64,000 nt of DNA from Podarcis muralis (GCF_964188315.1 NC_135661.1:91822001-91886000); one strand, 5' to 3'. Shown: positions 11,197 through 22,958, counted from the stretch's first letter. Notes: generated by a model not told the origin, from the letters alone. Numbers and translations: made by a program.

Positions 11197-12346
11197 AACA
11201 TCCTTCTGGACCGTCTAGAGGGGCTGGGAGATGGGGGCACTGTTATACAGTGGTTCTGCTCCTTCCTCCTGTGCCATGTCCAGAAAGTAGGGGGGGATGA
11301 GTGTTCAGACCCCTGGGCTCTCACTTGTGGGGTCCCTCAGGGTTCCGTCCTCTCCCCCATGCTTTTTAACATCTACATGAAGCCTCTGAGAGAGATCATC
11401 AGGGGGTTTGGGCTGGGTGTTCATCAATATGCAGATGATACCCAGCTCTACCTCTCTTTCAAATCAGAACCAGTGAAGGCGGTGAAGGTCCTGTGTGAGT
11501 GCGGTTGGAGGATGGATGGCAGCTAACAGATTGAGGTTGAATCCTGACAAGACAGAAGGACTGTTTCTGGGGGAACAGAAGGTGGGCAGGTATGGAGGAC
11601 TCCCTGGTCCTAAATGGGGTAACTGTGCCCCTGAAGGACCAGGTGTGCAGCATGGGAGTCATTTTGGACTCACAGCTGTCCATGGAGGTGCAGGTCCATT
11701 CTGTATCCAGGGCAGCTGTCTCCCAGCTCCATGTGGTATGAAGGCTGAGACCGTATCTGCCTGCGGACAGCCTCGCCAGAGTGGTGCATGCTCTGGTTAT
11801 CTCCTGCTTGGACTACTGCCACACGCTCTATGTAGGGCTCCCTTTGAAGGTGACCCGGAAACTACAACTAATCCAGAATGCGGCAGCTAGACTGATGACT
11901 GGGAGCGGCCACTGAGACCACATAACACCAGTCTTGAAAGATCTACATTGACTCCCAGTACATTTCTGAGCACAACACAAAGTGTTGGTGCTGATCTTGA
12001 AAGCCCTAAACAGCCTTGGTCCAGTATACCTGAAGGAGCGTCTCCACCCCCATCGTTCTGCCCAGACACTGAGGTCCAGCTCTGAGGGCCTTCTGGTGGT
12101 TCCCTTCCTGCGAGAAGCCAAGTTACAAGGAACCAGGCAGAGCGCCTTCTTGGTGGTGGCACCCACCCTGTGGAACGCCCTCCCACCAGATGTCAAAGAG
12201 AAGAACAACTACCAGACTTTTAGAAGACATTTGAAGGCAGTCCTGTTTAGGGAAGCTTTTAATGTTAAATGTATTTTAATACTTTGTTGGAAGCCACCCA
12301 GAGCAGCTGGGGAAACCCAGCCAGATGGCCGAGGCATAAATAATAA

Positions 12347-12388
<42 letters not shown>
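11197..12388 (+). mobile_element. 5'-truncated L2-clade LINE with (ATT)14 tail
   Basis: GVPQGSVLSPMLFNIYM and HQYADDTQLY RT motifs; same family as 40920-43290. Confidence 0.92.
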
Positions 12389-12389
<1 letters not shown>

Positions 12390-12951
12390 GTCAACAGTGT
12401 GATGCAGCTGCAAAAAAAGGCTAAGGCTATTCTAGGCTGCAACAACAGAAGTGTCCAGATCAAGGGAAGGAGGAGTCCCACTCTATTCTGCCTTAGCCAG
12501 ACCACACCTAGAATACTGTGTCCAACATAAGGGAAGCCTCAAAGGCAACAGTGATGACTCTGGCCAGTGGCCCACCTAGTCCAGCAACCTCTTCTCACAG
12601 CGGCCGGCCAGAAACCTGCAAGCAGGATCCAGGCACAAGATCCCTCTCCCCTCCCCCCGTTTCCAGCAACTGGGATCCAGAGGCAGGAGAAGGCAATGGG
12701 ATCCCTCCTGGCAAGCGGGGAGCAGGGCAGAGAGAGGCCTTCACAACAGCTCTGCAAGGTAGACCAGTCTGAAGCTGGTCTAAAGCCGTAAAGAATCATC
12801 ATTTGTCTCAGGTAATAATTGGCAGTATGACTGGGAGTCCTAATTAACAAAATTTCTATACAGTACTGCTTGATTGTACATTACATTATATACTGCTTGA
12901 CTGTACATTAAGCTGTTTTTGTTTTCAAATTATACTGTATTGTATTGTATT

Positions 12952-12953
<2 letters not shown>

Positions 12954-12987
<34 letters not shown>
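12954..12987. repeat. (CA)n microsatellite
   Basis: Direct inspection. Confidence 0.95.
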
Positions 12988-12989
<2 letters not shown>

Positions 12990-14382
12990 CAATTGCCCAT
13001 TGAAAAGCCAATTGTAACAGCTCCAGGCATCTTGGGTGAAGGGAAAATGGCCTGGCCTGCCTTCAAGCAGACCCAATATGCTTTGGACTACAACTCCCAT
13101 CATGCAGGACCTGCACTGGCTGGGGCTGATGGGAATTGTAGTCCAAAGAATCTGGAGGGCCCCCAGGTTGACCAAAGTCCAGATCTAATGGTGTTGACTT
13201 CAGTTAATAACTTATCTAACCAAACAGTTGGTGCAAGTAAATAATGGTAAGAAGAGGGAAAGTATTGGCAGAGCCAAGGGGGAGGCAGCTCTCCCCATCA
13301 AGGAAAACAATAGAAACACTTAAACTGACTGACCAATCATGTTGGTTCTGCCTCCCAACAAAGTCCTGCCCCCCCCCAACAAAAATCCTGGCTCCGCCCA
13401 TGAGGAGAAGAGCCTGCCTGCTGGATCAGGCCCCTTACTCCAGGATCCTGTACTCACAGTGGCCAACCAGATCCCTGTGGGAAATTGGCGGGTTGGATGC
13501 AGCCTGCTCACCCATTTAGCTATTAAAAACCCCCATATATTTCCGGAATAATAGAAAGCCCAGCTTCTAAGCCCTGCTATTTTCAGGAACTTAAAGCTCA
13601 GCTTTTTAAAACGCTGAAGCCTCAGAATTGTCTGGGCCCAAGAGGGAGGGCTGGACCCTTGGGGAGCCCCCCAGCGGGGCTTGGGCTTCTTGGAGGATGG
13701 GGGGCACATGAACAATCCCTAGAAAGGGCGGGCAGAGCCACAGAGAAGGGGGGGCAAGAGGGAAGGGCAGCTTGTCTCCCCCGCCTTCCGCAGCGCTGCA
13801 GGCGCGCCTCCATCCCGGCACCATCTTTGGGCACTGACCCCAGGACTGCAGGTGCTGCTGGGCCCCGATCCTGCTGGGGTGGAGCGAGGGGTGCAAGGAC
13901 TGAGGAGGCCCTTCTCCTCCGGCCTTGCCCTTCTGCCGGGCAGGGATGGAGAGGCCTCCGCTGACCATTCCCGGCCACAGCTTTTTGGGGACTCGGGTGT
14001 CATTCCGAGGCGAGAGGACATGTCGCCAAGCAGGCGCTGGTCCAGCCGGGGCGGCCTGTCCTCCGCCGCCGGGAGAAGAAAACTGGGGGGTGGGATATTG
14101 GAGTGGGGGAGAGAGCCTGCAGCCCCTGCCCTCCCTCGGGCAGACCAAAACCATCACACCATGGACAGCTCCCTAAGCAAGTCCCTTCCCGTCTCCAAAC
14201 GTAGGACCAGACCCCACTCCGTCCCCAAAGATAAGGCCAACCCAAATATAGGGCCAGCCCCCCCATCCACCGAAACAGAGCGATTTTGGAATTTTGGGGT
14301 GGCGGGATCGGGTGTCTAACTCCTTTTCTGGATCCCCTTCGCGTGGAAGCGCTTTGCATGACCAGGACCCCCCGCGACTTAC

Positions 14383-14620
14383 CTCCCCAAGTGCCCCGAC
14401 GGCGCGGAGAAGCGTCCCACGGCCTCGCTCTGGCCGGTGGTGGCGGCGGCGGCGCTGCTCAGTGGCTGCGGGAGGCGGGCAGAGGCCGGCGGCGGAGGCC
14501 CCCGGCGCAGCCCCGCAGCATCATCCGCCGCAGCCGCAGCAGCCAATCCCGGGGCTCCGCTCCGTCCCGGTCCCGCGCCCGCCTCGCCCCGCCGCTGCCC
14601 GGAGCGCTTTCCAGGAAGGC
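14383..14620 (-). other. SPTBN4: Probable non-coding first exon of SPTBN4 (5' boundary approximate)
   Basis: Consensus donor GAG|GTAAGT on the minus strand at 14383/14382, at the SPTBN4-facing edge of the CpG island. Confidence 0.5.
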
Positions 14621-15655
14621 AGGCAGGCAGGGAGACGGGCGCGCAGGCGGGCGCGGACCCAAGGAGGCTGGCGGGGCGCGCAAGGCACAAAGGAGGGCGC
14701 GCCGGGCTGGGGGCTCCGGCGGCGAGGAGGAGGGCGCGCCCGGGCGAGCGGTCACCTTGGGCCCGTCCTTCGGCTCGCCGGCCGAGCGGCTCCCGCTCCC
14801 TCCAGCCGGGCACCGGCGCGCATGGCGGCCCCTCCTCCCGGAGTGGGGGGGGGGGAGAGAAGGGGGTCTTGGATGGAGAGAGGGCCGGTGGGGAGGGCGG
14901 AGTGTCTGATTCAGCCGGGGATCCTCCTCGTCCAGGGCTGCTTCGCCCCGGCGCTGGCGGAGAGGCAGGTACCGGAGGGTCGTCGATGGGAGGGGGCGGC
15001 TGCTGGGGGTCTTTGTCGGAGTGGTTTGCGACCAGGGAGCCCGGAGGCCCTTTGGGGAGCAGGGGGCAGCGGAGGAGGGCGCGCCCGCCGCCCCGCCGCC
15101 GAGAGGCCGGCGCCCAGCCCCGCCAGTCGCGCCTGGCACGCTTCACACGAGCGCCGAACCCGCAAGCTGGCGACAGGCGCCCCACCCACCGGCGCCAGGC
15201 TCGCTTTGCATGGCGGGGCGGATCTCCCAGCAGTCCTCGCGGGGGCTCCCACTCCCCCCCCCTCACCCCCGTATTTGGGGGGCGAGCAGAGGGTCGCCAA
15301 CTTCCCCGCTCCAGCTGCGCTCCTGTGCTTTGCGCTCCGGCTCAGGCGCGCCGGAGAGGGAGGCGGGCTTCTCCGCCTTGCTTGGCATTCCTTATGAAAG
15401 CCGTCTGAAGGCACAGGAGCAGCGCCGAGGCAGAAGGCTGCCCGGGGGGCTTGTCCAGGGAGCCCCTTTTCTTTTCCTCCCTTGGCGCCCGTCGAGGGAG
15501 CCCCGGCTGAGCTAAAGAGCGAGCGAGCGAGCACGCGCCGCCCCCGGCCTCTCCCGTCCTGCCTTCCCGGGCGGAGCTCCGGGCGGAAGGGCTGGCCGCT
15601 GGCGGGCGGAGGCGGAGGCGGGCGGCCGACGGGCGGAGAAGGGAAGGAGTCCGGC

Positions 15656-15740
15656 ATGGCCGCAGCCTGCAAAAGGATCGCCATCTTCGGCGCCACCGGC
15701 ATGACCGGCCTGGCCACCCTGGCGCAAGCCGTCGAGGCTG
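15656..15740 (+). CDS. BLVRB: Biliverdin reductase B / flavin reductase exon 1
   Basis: MAAACKRIAIFGATGMTGLATLAQAVEA(G), with Rossmann GxxGxxG; good Kozak context (GGCATGG); GTGAG donor at 15741. Confidence 0.97.
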
Positions 15741-16189
15741 GTGAGAGGCGGGGGGCGGGGGAGGGCGGCGGAGAGAGGGAGCCCCGTCCCGCACAGCCCC
15801 CCAGCCTGGCGACGTGGCCCTGCTGCCGCCCCTCGGGCGCCCGTGGGGGGACCCTGCCGCCCAAGGGCCGGGCAGAAGCCGCCCACGGCCCCCGCTGCTC
15901 GGAGCGCAGCTGCAGCCCCCTCGCGCCGGGGCGGCTTTCCTGGCCGGGGGCGGAGAGCGAGAAGCGGCTCCTCCGAGCTCCCCAACCTGTTGTTAATAAT
16001 TTCCCGATTGCTGCGCCGCTTTCTTCCTCCCGGCAGGGAAGGCGTTGTCAGAGGGAGAGAGAAGCCGTCGCTGCCCCTTGCGCACCCGCTGGGTGTCTTG
16101 GACCCATTTCAGTGCAGGAATAAGCAAGGAAAGGCGCCTCTGTGCTCGTGCATCTGGGAGAAAGCCCCCAGGACCTAATCCTTTCCTTG

Positions 16190-16420
16190 CTGCATTTATA
16201 TCCCCGCTCATTCCTCCAAGGAGCTCAGTGTGGTGTGCAGGATTCTCCCAGCCCTCATTTAATCCCCACAACAAGCCTGTGAGGTAGGCGAAGGCTGAGA
16301 GAGGCAGGGGCTGGATGCCAGTTGAGCCTCATGGCTGAGCAGGAGGTGGGAGGGAGCTGAACTCTGGTCTCTCCCAGGTCCTCCTCTGACACACTAACCA
16401 CTAGGCCACACTGCTTCCCA
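16190..16420 (-). mobile_element. tRNA-derived SINE (Squam3/MIR-like)
   Basis: Reverse complement starts gggaagcagtgtggcctagtggttag (A-box-like). Similar copies near 28880-29075, 50715-50915 and 55520-55705. Confidence 0.6.
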
Positions 16421-17481
16421 GTATTCTTAATAGAATTCTTTTCTCTCCCTGCCCCCTTAACCAGCCAGCTGTTCCCTCCCACCTTGTGCACTGAGAGATA
16501 AAGAGAAGGTGGGGTTGTTATCAGAAGTGGCCAGGAGACGGTTGTTGCTGCTGTTGGTGTTACTGGAGGGCCGGGTGGAAGAGCAGATTCGGCCCCTGCC
16601 GCAAGAGGAGCCTGGGCCTTTGCGGGCGAACTTTTGTGTCCAGACAAGGCTGAGCTCCTTTGTGCAGCAACGACAACCCTGCAGAGCAGAGCCTTGTGTC
16701 CTGGGCCAGGAGAGTGTCCAGCTTAAGTCCCCTTCCTTTGGCCACCTGGGCTGACCAACTGGGCCACCGCCACTGCTTTGCTCCTTTTGGCCTTCAGGGG
16801 CCACACGACCCAAAAGTACCCAAAAGAACTTGGGGTTCTGCCGAAGCTCCCTTTGCAGCTCAGAAACAGCAGCAGCAGGTGGGTGGGTGGGGAGACCTTG
16901 CCCAGACTTGATCAGATCTTGCTCCACCTGAGATTCTGTTGACAGAAACCCTCAGGCAGGTCTCACTCTCATCCTCTGGGTGGGTGCCAGGCTGGGTGTC
17001 CTGCTGCCGCAGTGCCAATGCTCGTGCCAGGACAGCCAGGGATGCTCCTCTGGCCAGCCGGGGTTGTCACATTTGGGGGAACTATTTTGGGGAGGAAGGC
17101 ATCTCCAAGAAGGTAATGCTTGGGGTGATCAGGTGGCCCAAGAATCATAGAATGGGAGAGTCAGAAGGGGTCCCAGGGTCATCTAGTCCAACCCCGTCCA
17201 ATGCAGGAATCTCAGTGACATGTGGCCACCCAACCTCTGCTTGAAAACCTTCAAGGAAGGAGAGTCCACAACTTCTGCTGGGAGTCTGTTCTGCTGTCGG
17301 CTCTTCCTGTCAGAAAGTTCTTCCTGATGTTGAGTTGGAATCTCCCTGCCTGTCAATTGAGTCACTGGTTTTGCTCCTCCCCTCCAGTGCAGGCGAAAAC
17401 AAGCTCCTCTCCATCTTCTGTTCTCCAGTCTGAACATCCCCAAGCCCTCAACTATTCCTCACAAATAGGACTTAGTTTCCA

Positions 17482-17514
<33 letters not shown>

Positions 17515-18596
17515 TTATTATTTATACCCCGCCCGTCTGGCTGAGTTTCCCCAGCCACTCTGGGCGGCTCCCAATCAAGTGCTAAAACAATACAGCATTA
17601 AGTATTAAAAACTTCCCTAACCAGGGCTGCCTTCAGATGTCTTTTAAAGATAGGATAGCTGCTTGTTTCCTTCACATCTGGTGGGAGGGCGTTCCACAGG
17701 GCGGGCACCATCACCAAGAAGGCCCTCCGTCTGGTTCCCTGTAACCTCACTTCTCACAATGAGGGAACCGCCAGAAGGCCCTCGGAGCTGGACCTCAGTG
17801 TCCAGGCTGAGCAATGGGGGTGGAGACGCTCCTTCAGGTCTACTGGGCCTTTGAGGCCATTTAGGGCTTTAAATGTCAGCACCAACACTTTGAATTGTGC
17901 TTGGAAATGTACTGGGAGCCAATGCAGATCTCTCAGGACAGGTGTTATGTGATTTTGGTGTCCACTCCCAGTCACCAGTCTGGCTGCCGCATTCTGGATT
18001 AATTGTGGTTTCCAGGTCACCTTCAAAGGTAGCCCCACGTAGAGCGCATTGCAGTAGTCCAAGCGGGAGATAACCAGAGCATGCACCACTCTGGCAAGAC
18101 AGTCTTCGGGCAGGGAGGGTCTCATACTGCTCACCAGGTGGAGCTGGTAGACAGCTGCCCTGGACACAGAATTGACCTGCACCTCCATGGACAGCTGTGA
18201 GTCCAGAATGAGTCCCACTTGGTCCTTCAGGGGCACAGTTACCCTATTCAGGACCAGGGAGTCCCCCATACCCGCCTGCCCCTTGTCCCCCCAAAACAGT
18301 CCTTCTGTCTTGTCAGGATTCAACCTCAATCTGTTAGCCACCATCCATCCTCCAACCACCTCCAGGCACTCACACAGGACCTTCACCGCCTTCACTGGTT
18401 CTGATTTAAAAGAGAGGTAGAGCTGGGTGTCATCTGCATACTGATGTGAACACCCAGCCCAAACCTCCTGATGATCTCTCCCAGGGGCTTCATATAGATA
18501 TTAAAAAGCATGGGGGAGAGGATGGAAACCTGAGGCACCCCACAAGTGAGGGCCCAGGGGTCTGAACACTCATCCCCCAACCCCACTTTCCAAACC
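17482..18596 (-). mobile_element. 5'-truncated L2-clade LINE inserted in a CR1 3' fragment
   Basis: Same L2 family; tail reads (AAT)11 on the plus strand; 8-bp direct repeat tttccaaa at 17476-17483 and 18587-18594. Confidence 0.92.
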
Positions 18597-20237
18597 CTTT
18601 ATCCTCTTGCTTCCCCTCATGGGGCCAGTGAAAGGGACCCCAAGGATCACCCAGTCCAAGCCCCAGCAAAGCAGGAATCTCAGCCCCGAATCCCTGACGG
18701 AGGGCCATCCAGCCCTCAGAAAGCTCTTCCCTTGGTTCAGATCCGGTCCTGCCGCCCTCGCCTCCCACCTTCCTGTTCCCTTTCCCACTTCCCCTTGGAA
18801 GCTCTGCCCCACCAGCACAGCCTGTGGGGTCACCCTGGGGCAAGGGCCCCAGCCTTCCTCTTTGGCCTGGTGCAGCACGTGCCGCAGGATCCGGCCTTTG
18901 CCCTCGGCTGCTTTCCAAAATGCTGACACACAAATAACAATGGCTCTTTGCAATCAATAGTCCTGGGGACCAAGGAGAGGCGAGGCAGGGACTCCCGACT
19001 GAATACTCAAGGGAGCGCGGCTGAGATGTGACTCCGCTGTTGAACTCAGCCTTGGGAAAGGAGAAAATTCTCAGAAAATAAATAAGAGGATTAGCTGAAA
19101 GAAAGTTGAGAGGTGGCGTGTGGGAAGAGGGGCAAAAATGCAACTGGGAAAACCTGTCTGAAGAGCATTATGTGGACTGGAAGGGGCGAAGGAAGCCTGG
19201 GGGAAGATGCCAGCATGGTTAAATAGCAAAGTCAAGGGAGTAGGACCAAGCAGAGCAATAAGGACATACTACTTTAAAAATAGCACAAGCAATATTAAAA
19301 CTAGATGCATAGGTGCAGTATTTGTTTTTGTTTTACAATCCATGGACCAATTCCCAACCAGAGTTTTAAGCAAGAAGGGATTTGAGGAGCGAATAGCTTA
19401 AAGGTGGGGCTTGTGGTTCTTTCTGCCTTCCTGCTTTTGGTGTGACTACGGGGGCCACCTGGTGCCAAAAGGCAAAAGGAGCAGTGCAGGGGAGGGGCAG
19501 AGAAAATGCTTCTGCTGATTCAAAGAGGATATAGCTCAGTCTCTCCTGGGGGCGTTTAAAAGAAAAGTGGACAAGGAACGAAATGGAGGGTGGAGCTACT
19601 GGCATAGCGTCAGTTTCTGGTGCCCGGGGTGGGGGGGCTGGTGTTGAGTGGGGGGGCATGTGTGTGCAGGGGGGGGGGCACCAGCCCACCCCCTGCCGCC
19701 AGAGTGACCCCACCCCCACCGGAGCAAAACGGGGCCACCCTGAGCTGCCTGCCAGGCCATGTACAGGGAGTCCGGCTGGCCAACATGGCCATTGGGGTCA
19801 TGGGCATAGCCATGGGGGGAGGCATAACCAACATGATTGGTCAGTTAAGTATTTCTATTGTTTTATTTGATCCGGGGAGCAGCTGCCCCCTGGTTACTCC
19901 CATGCTTGGTGGGCAGAGAGGAGCACCGGACTGGGGGCGGCTGGTTCGCCCTCAAAAATTGTGTGCCTGGGGCCATGGCCCCCCTGTGCCCCCTCCACGC
20001 TACACCCCTGGACGGAGCAACTTCCTGCCTGAGCAGTTCAGAAGCAGAGCTGGTCCCTGGAAGGCAGAGAGAGGAGAATCGCCTCTTCCTTTCTCCTGCA
20101 TCTTGAACTGGATCAGCTGAGGGCGGCCAGAAGGGGAGGAGGCTGCCTGGCCAGGGCTCCCTGCCAGAGAGGGAGGCTGCAGGGCTGCTCAGTCCCAGCT
20201 GCTGGAAGGAGCGAGGCCTCTGGTGCTCAAATCCTGC

Positions 20238-20683
20238 AGTGCCGGATTGGCATATAAGCTAAACAAGCAATAGCTTAGGGCCCCACTCTCTTGGGAGCCC
20301 CCAAGAAATTTAAAGGGAGAGGGGACTGGATGTAGATTTCCAAAATATAAGTTTTAAAAAAATCAAATAAAACCTACATACAGCAACTGTGTGTTGTGTA
20401 GGCTCCTATGATGTAAGTCCTGGGCCCCGCCTGCTAGCCTGCTCCCTCAAATATCCCTGGTTTGCTCCTTTCTATATATAGGGTGCCTGCATTCTGCATA
20501 GACTGGTTGCAGGGCAACATGGGCAAATGGCTTGAGATACCTATGAGGTCCATCAATTACCATCTAGCATAGATTCAACACCAAAAACAGCAACCATTTG
20601 TTGTTGACAAAGGACAGCTGGACACATCAAGGGCCCCATTGCCTTCAGGAGCTGAGGGCCGCATCAAACCTCAACCTGGCCTT
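20238..20683 (-). mobile_element. Non-autonomous DNA-transposon-like element (Harbinger-like assignment tentative)
   Basis: Ends agtgccggatt / ...ctggcctt. Reverse-complement match to 31812-32327 and partial copy at about 53990-54194. Confidence 0.7.
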
Positions 20684-21072
20684 CCTTGCAGGTGTCCCAG
20701 ATGCACCTGGGCCCCCCCTGTGAGAACAGGAGGCAGGACTGGGGGAGGGGGCACTGGCCTGATTCAGCAGGACTGGATTTCATTTCATTTCACTTTTAAT
20801 TTGTATACTGACTTTCTATTTTACAATACCCAAGACGGTTTACAAGCTGCAGAAACAAAGAATGTACACCTTATAACCAGCTAATCCAATACAAAAATGC
20901 AATAATAAAACATAACTTTAAAATAAGCAACTTATATAAAAAAGCAATATTCAACAATCCATTAGAATAGTATAGAATAATATAAGCATATAAAAATTAA
21001 ACAGAAATTCACTCTTAACAGTTACAATAAATAATTTCTAAACTAAAAAAATTGTCCAGTAGCACCTTAGAG

Positions 21073-22066
21073 CAGTGTTTCCCAACCGGTGTTCCACGGC
21101 ACACTAGTGTGCCGCGAGACGTTGCCTGGTGTGCCGCGGGAAAAATTAAAAAATTCGAAAGATATCCGGAGAGGCGGCCTTCAGGCGAGTTTTAATTTTA
21201 ATTTTCCTTCTCCCACTTAATGCCCCACGCTCGCCCGAGCAGCTTGCAGTCCTCGGTAACCACGGCGACCCGAGGGAGGGGAGGGAACAGGGAAGTCGAG
21301 GGCGGCGGCGAGCCGCAATGACGTCAGTGGGCTGCGCCGCCTCGCCCTGGCACGGTGTGAGAGCCCCGGCTAGTGGCGCGAGCTTCGGAATAAGTGGGAT
21401 CCGCGTGCGCGAGACCGAGATCACGGGTAAGGAGCTCAGCCCTGGGCAGGAGGAAGCGGGGCCGCGCGTGCGGGCCACATCCCCACAGAGAGCGAGCCTC
21501 CCCCGGCCCACCACTCCGGGCAGGTCCACTCGCATGAGGGGGCGGCGATGGCGACGGCCGGCAGCTTGCCTGCAATGCCATCCCTCGAGCAGGCGAGGAG
21601 CCCGGAGGCTACCAGATGCGAGTCCTCTTTCCCACCCTGCTCGGGAGTCCAGAGCACTTGGTCGCATTCAGGATCTAGAGTGGGGAAGCGGGGCTTGTGT
21701 CTGGGCTGGACACATTGGGCTGCCTGTGCCGCTCGACCTGCGGGGAGAAATCAGGGTGGGAGTCACGACCGTGAGGCAGGGCTGCCAAGTGTGGCAGAAG
21801 AGGACACGGCCGTCGCACCTGTCCTTAGGTAGGAGCTTCTTCCGTGTCGACCTGCTGCCCTAAAGTCTTGGCTTTTTTCTTGGCTTCTTGGCGGTTGGCA
21901 CAGAAGGAAGGCAAGGGGGAGGGGAAAAAATTGAAACTTACACTTTCGTGCGTCCCTCCCGGCGTGACGCTGCGCGCTGACGTCACGGGGCCGTAATGGT
22001 GGTGTGCCTCGAGATTTTTTTCATGAAACAAGTGTGCCTTTGCCCAAAAAAGGTTGGGAAACACTG
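21073..22066. mobile_element. Non-autonomous hAT transposon with CpG-rich, promoter-like interior
   Basis: Perfect 15-bp TIRs cagtgtttcccaacc / ggttgggaaacactg; perfect 8-bp TSD ccttagag (21065-21072, 22067-22074). Confidence 0.93.
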
Positions 22067-22958
22067 CCTTAGAGACAGACTAAGTTTGTTCTTCGTATGA
22101 GCTTTCGTGTGCATGCACACTTCTTCAGATACCTAAGGTGCTACTGGACAAATTTTTTTATTTTTTATATATATTTCTACTGCGTCAGACCAAGGCGGCT
22201 GCCTACCTGAATTTCTAAACTATAATCAATAAAAACAATGGCAAGTTGCAGTGCATAAAATAATGCAATACAAATTGAGAAGCCGAGACTGGAGGGGGGG
22301 GGGCAAGGCCTTGCCTGGTGAAGTCTCTCCCCCTGGACTGAGTGTGGGTGCTGATAAGACCAAGGTTGCTGGTTCCATCCTTGTAGGGGGCAGCTGCTGC
22401 ATAGAGTAGACCAGACGTGTTCAACTGGTTGACCGCAATCGACAGGTAGATCGCGGGTGTCTTCCAGGTCGCTTGCGGCAATTAAAAAGTGATCTCCTGG
22501 GTTCTCCTGATGGATCGCTGCCCTATGTCGCATCACTGCTGCAGCTGAGAAAGCTTGTATTCCCAGGGGTGGGGTCAGAGTGGGGGCATAAGGGAGGGCG
22601 GTGGGCATGAGCGATTTTATAACCCCCCCCAAAAAAAGCTGAACAGGTTTCGCCAATCCTTTCCAAAAAAAGCTCAGCAACCCTGGGCAACCGTCCCCGC
22701 CAAAAGCTTGGCAATGGGTAGATCACGGCCAGCTTTATTATACTGGAAGTAGATCTCTAGAGAGCTGGACGTGCCTGGACTGGGCGCTCCTCAGGGTCTC
22801 CTCCGACTCTACAGTTCTCTGATTCTATGACTTTCCTTCTGTTCCTCCTTCCCGCTGCCCCTCCAGAGCTTGACGGTGGAGGCCGGGAGTCCTGGGCTCC
22901 TCCTGCCCCCTTCCTGGCTGCCTCCGACCCCCAGGCCTCATCCTGCCTCTCTTTCCAG

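Larger units (their letters stand above)
8640..12530 (+). mobile_element. Degenerate CR1 LINE ORF2 fragment interrupted by at least five younger insertions
   Basis: CR1 peptide motifs in the pieces: LAREVNN, LLNTYFASVFTQKE, QGSVLGPLLF, LIKFADDAKLGG, CDAAAKKA. Sequence resumes on both sides of each insertion. Confidence 0.85.
14330..16100. promoter_or_regulatory. CpG island; shared divergent promoter of SPTBN4 and BLVRB
   Basis: Very GC- and CpG-rich; contains the BLVRB ATG (15656) and the candidate SPTBN4 exon-1 donor; GC boxes and a YY1-like ATGGCGGC near 14822. Confidence 0.85.

Noticed and set aside
14286-16178. Multiple overlapping 150-370 aa ORFs in the CpG island (similar sets at 45.2-46.3 kb and 57.9-58.9 kb)
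   Set aside because: Expected from stop-codon scarcity in very GC-rich DNA; only the BLVRB exon-1 segment has homology.
16380-16420. tRNA-like sequences (also near 22340, 50900, 55690) as tRNA genes
   Set aside because: Degenerate SINE heads attached to SINE bodies; no cloverleaf can be supported.
19028-19037. ARE-like GTGACTCCGC as an NRF2 site for BLVRB
   Set aside because: Short degenerate core expected by chance; the same string occurs near 40603 in unrelated sequence; no supporting context.
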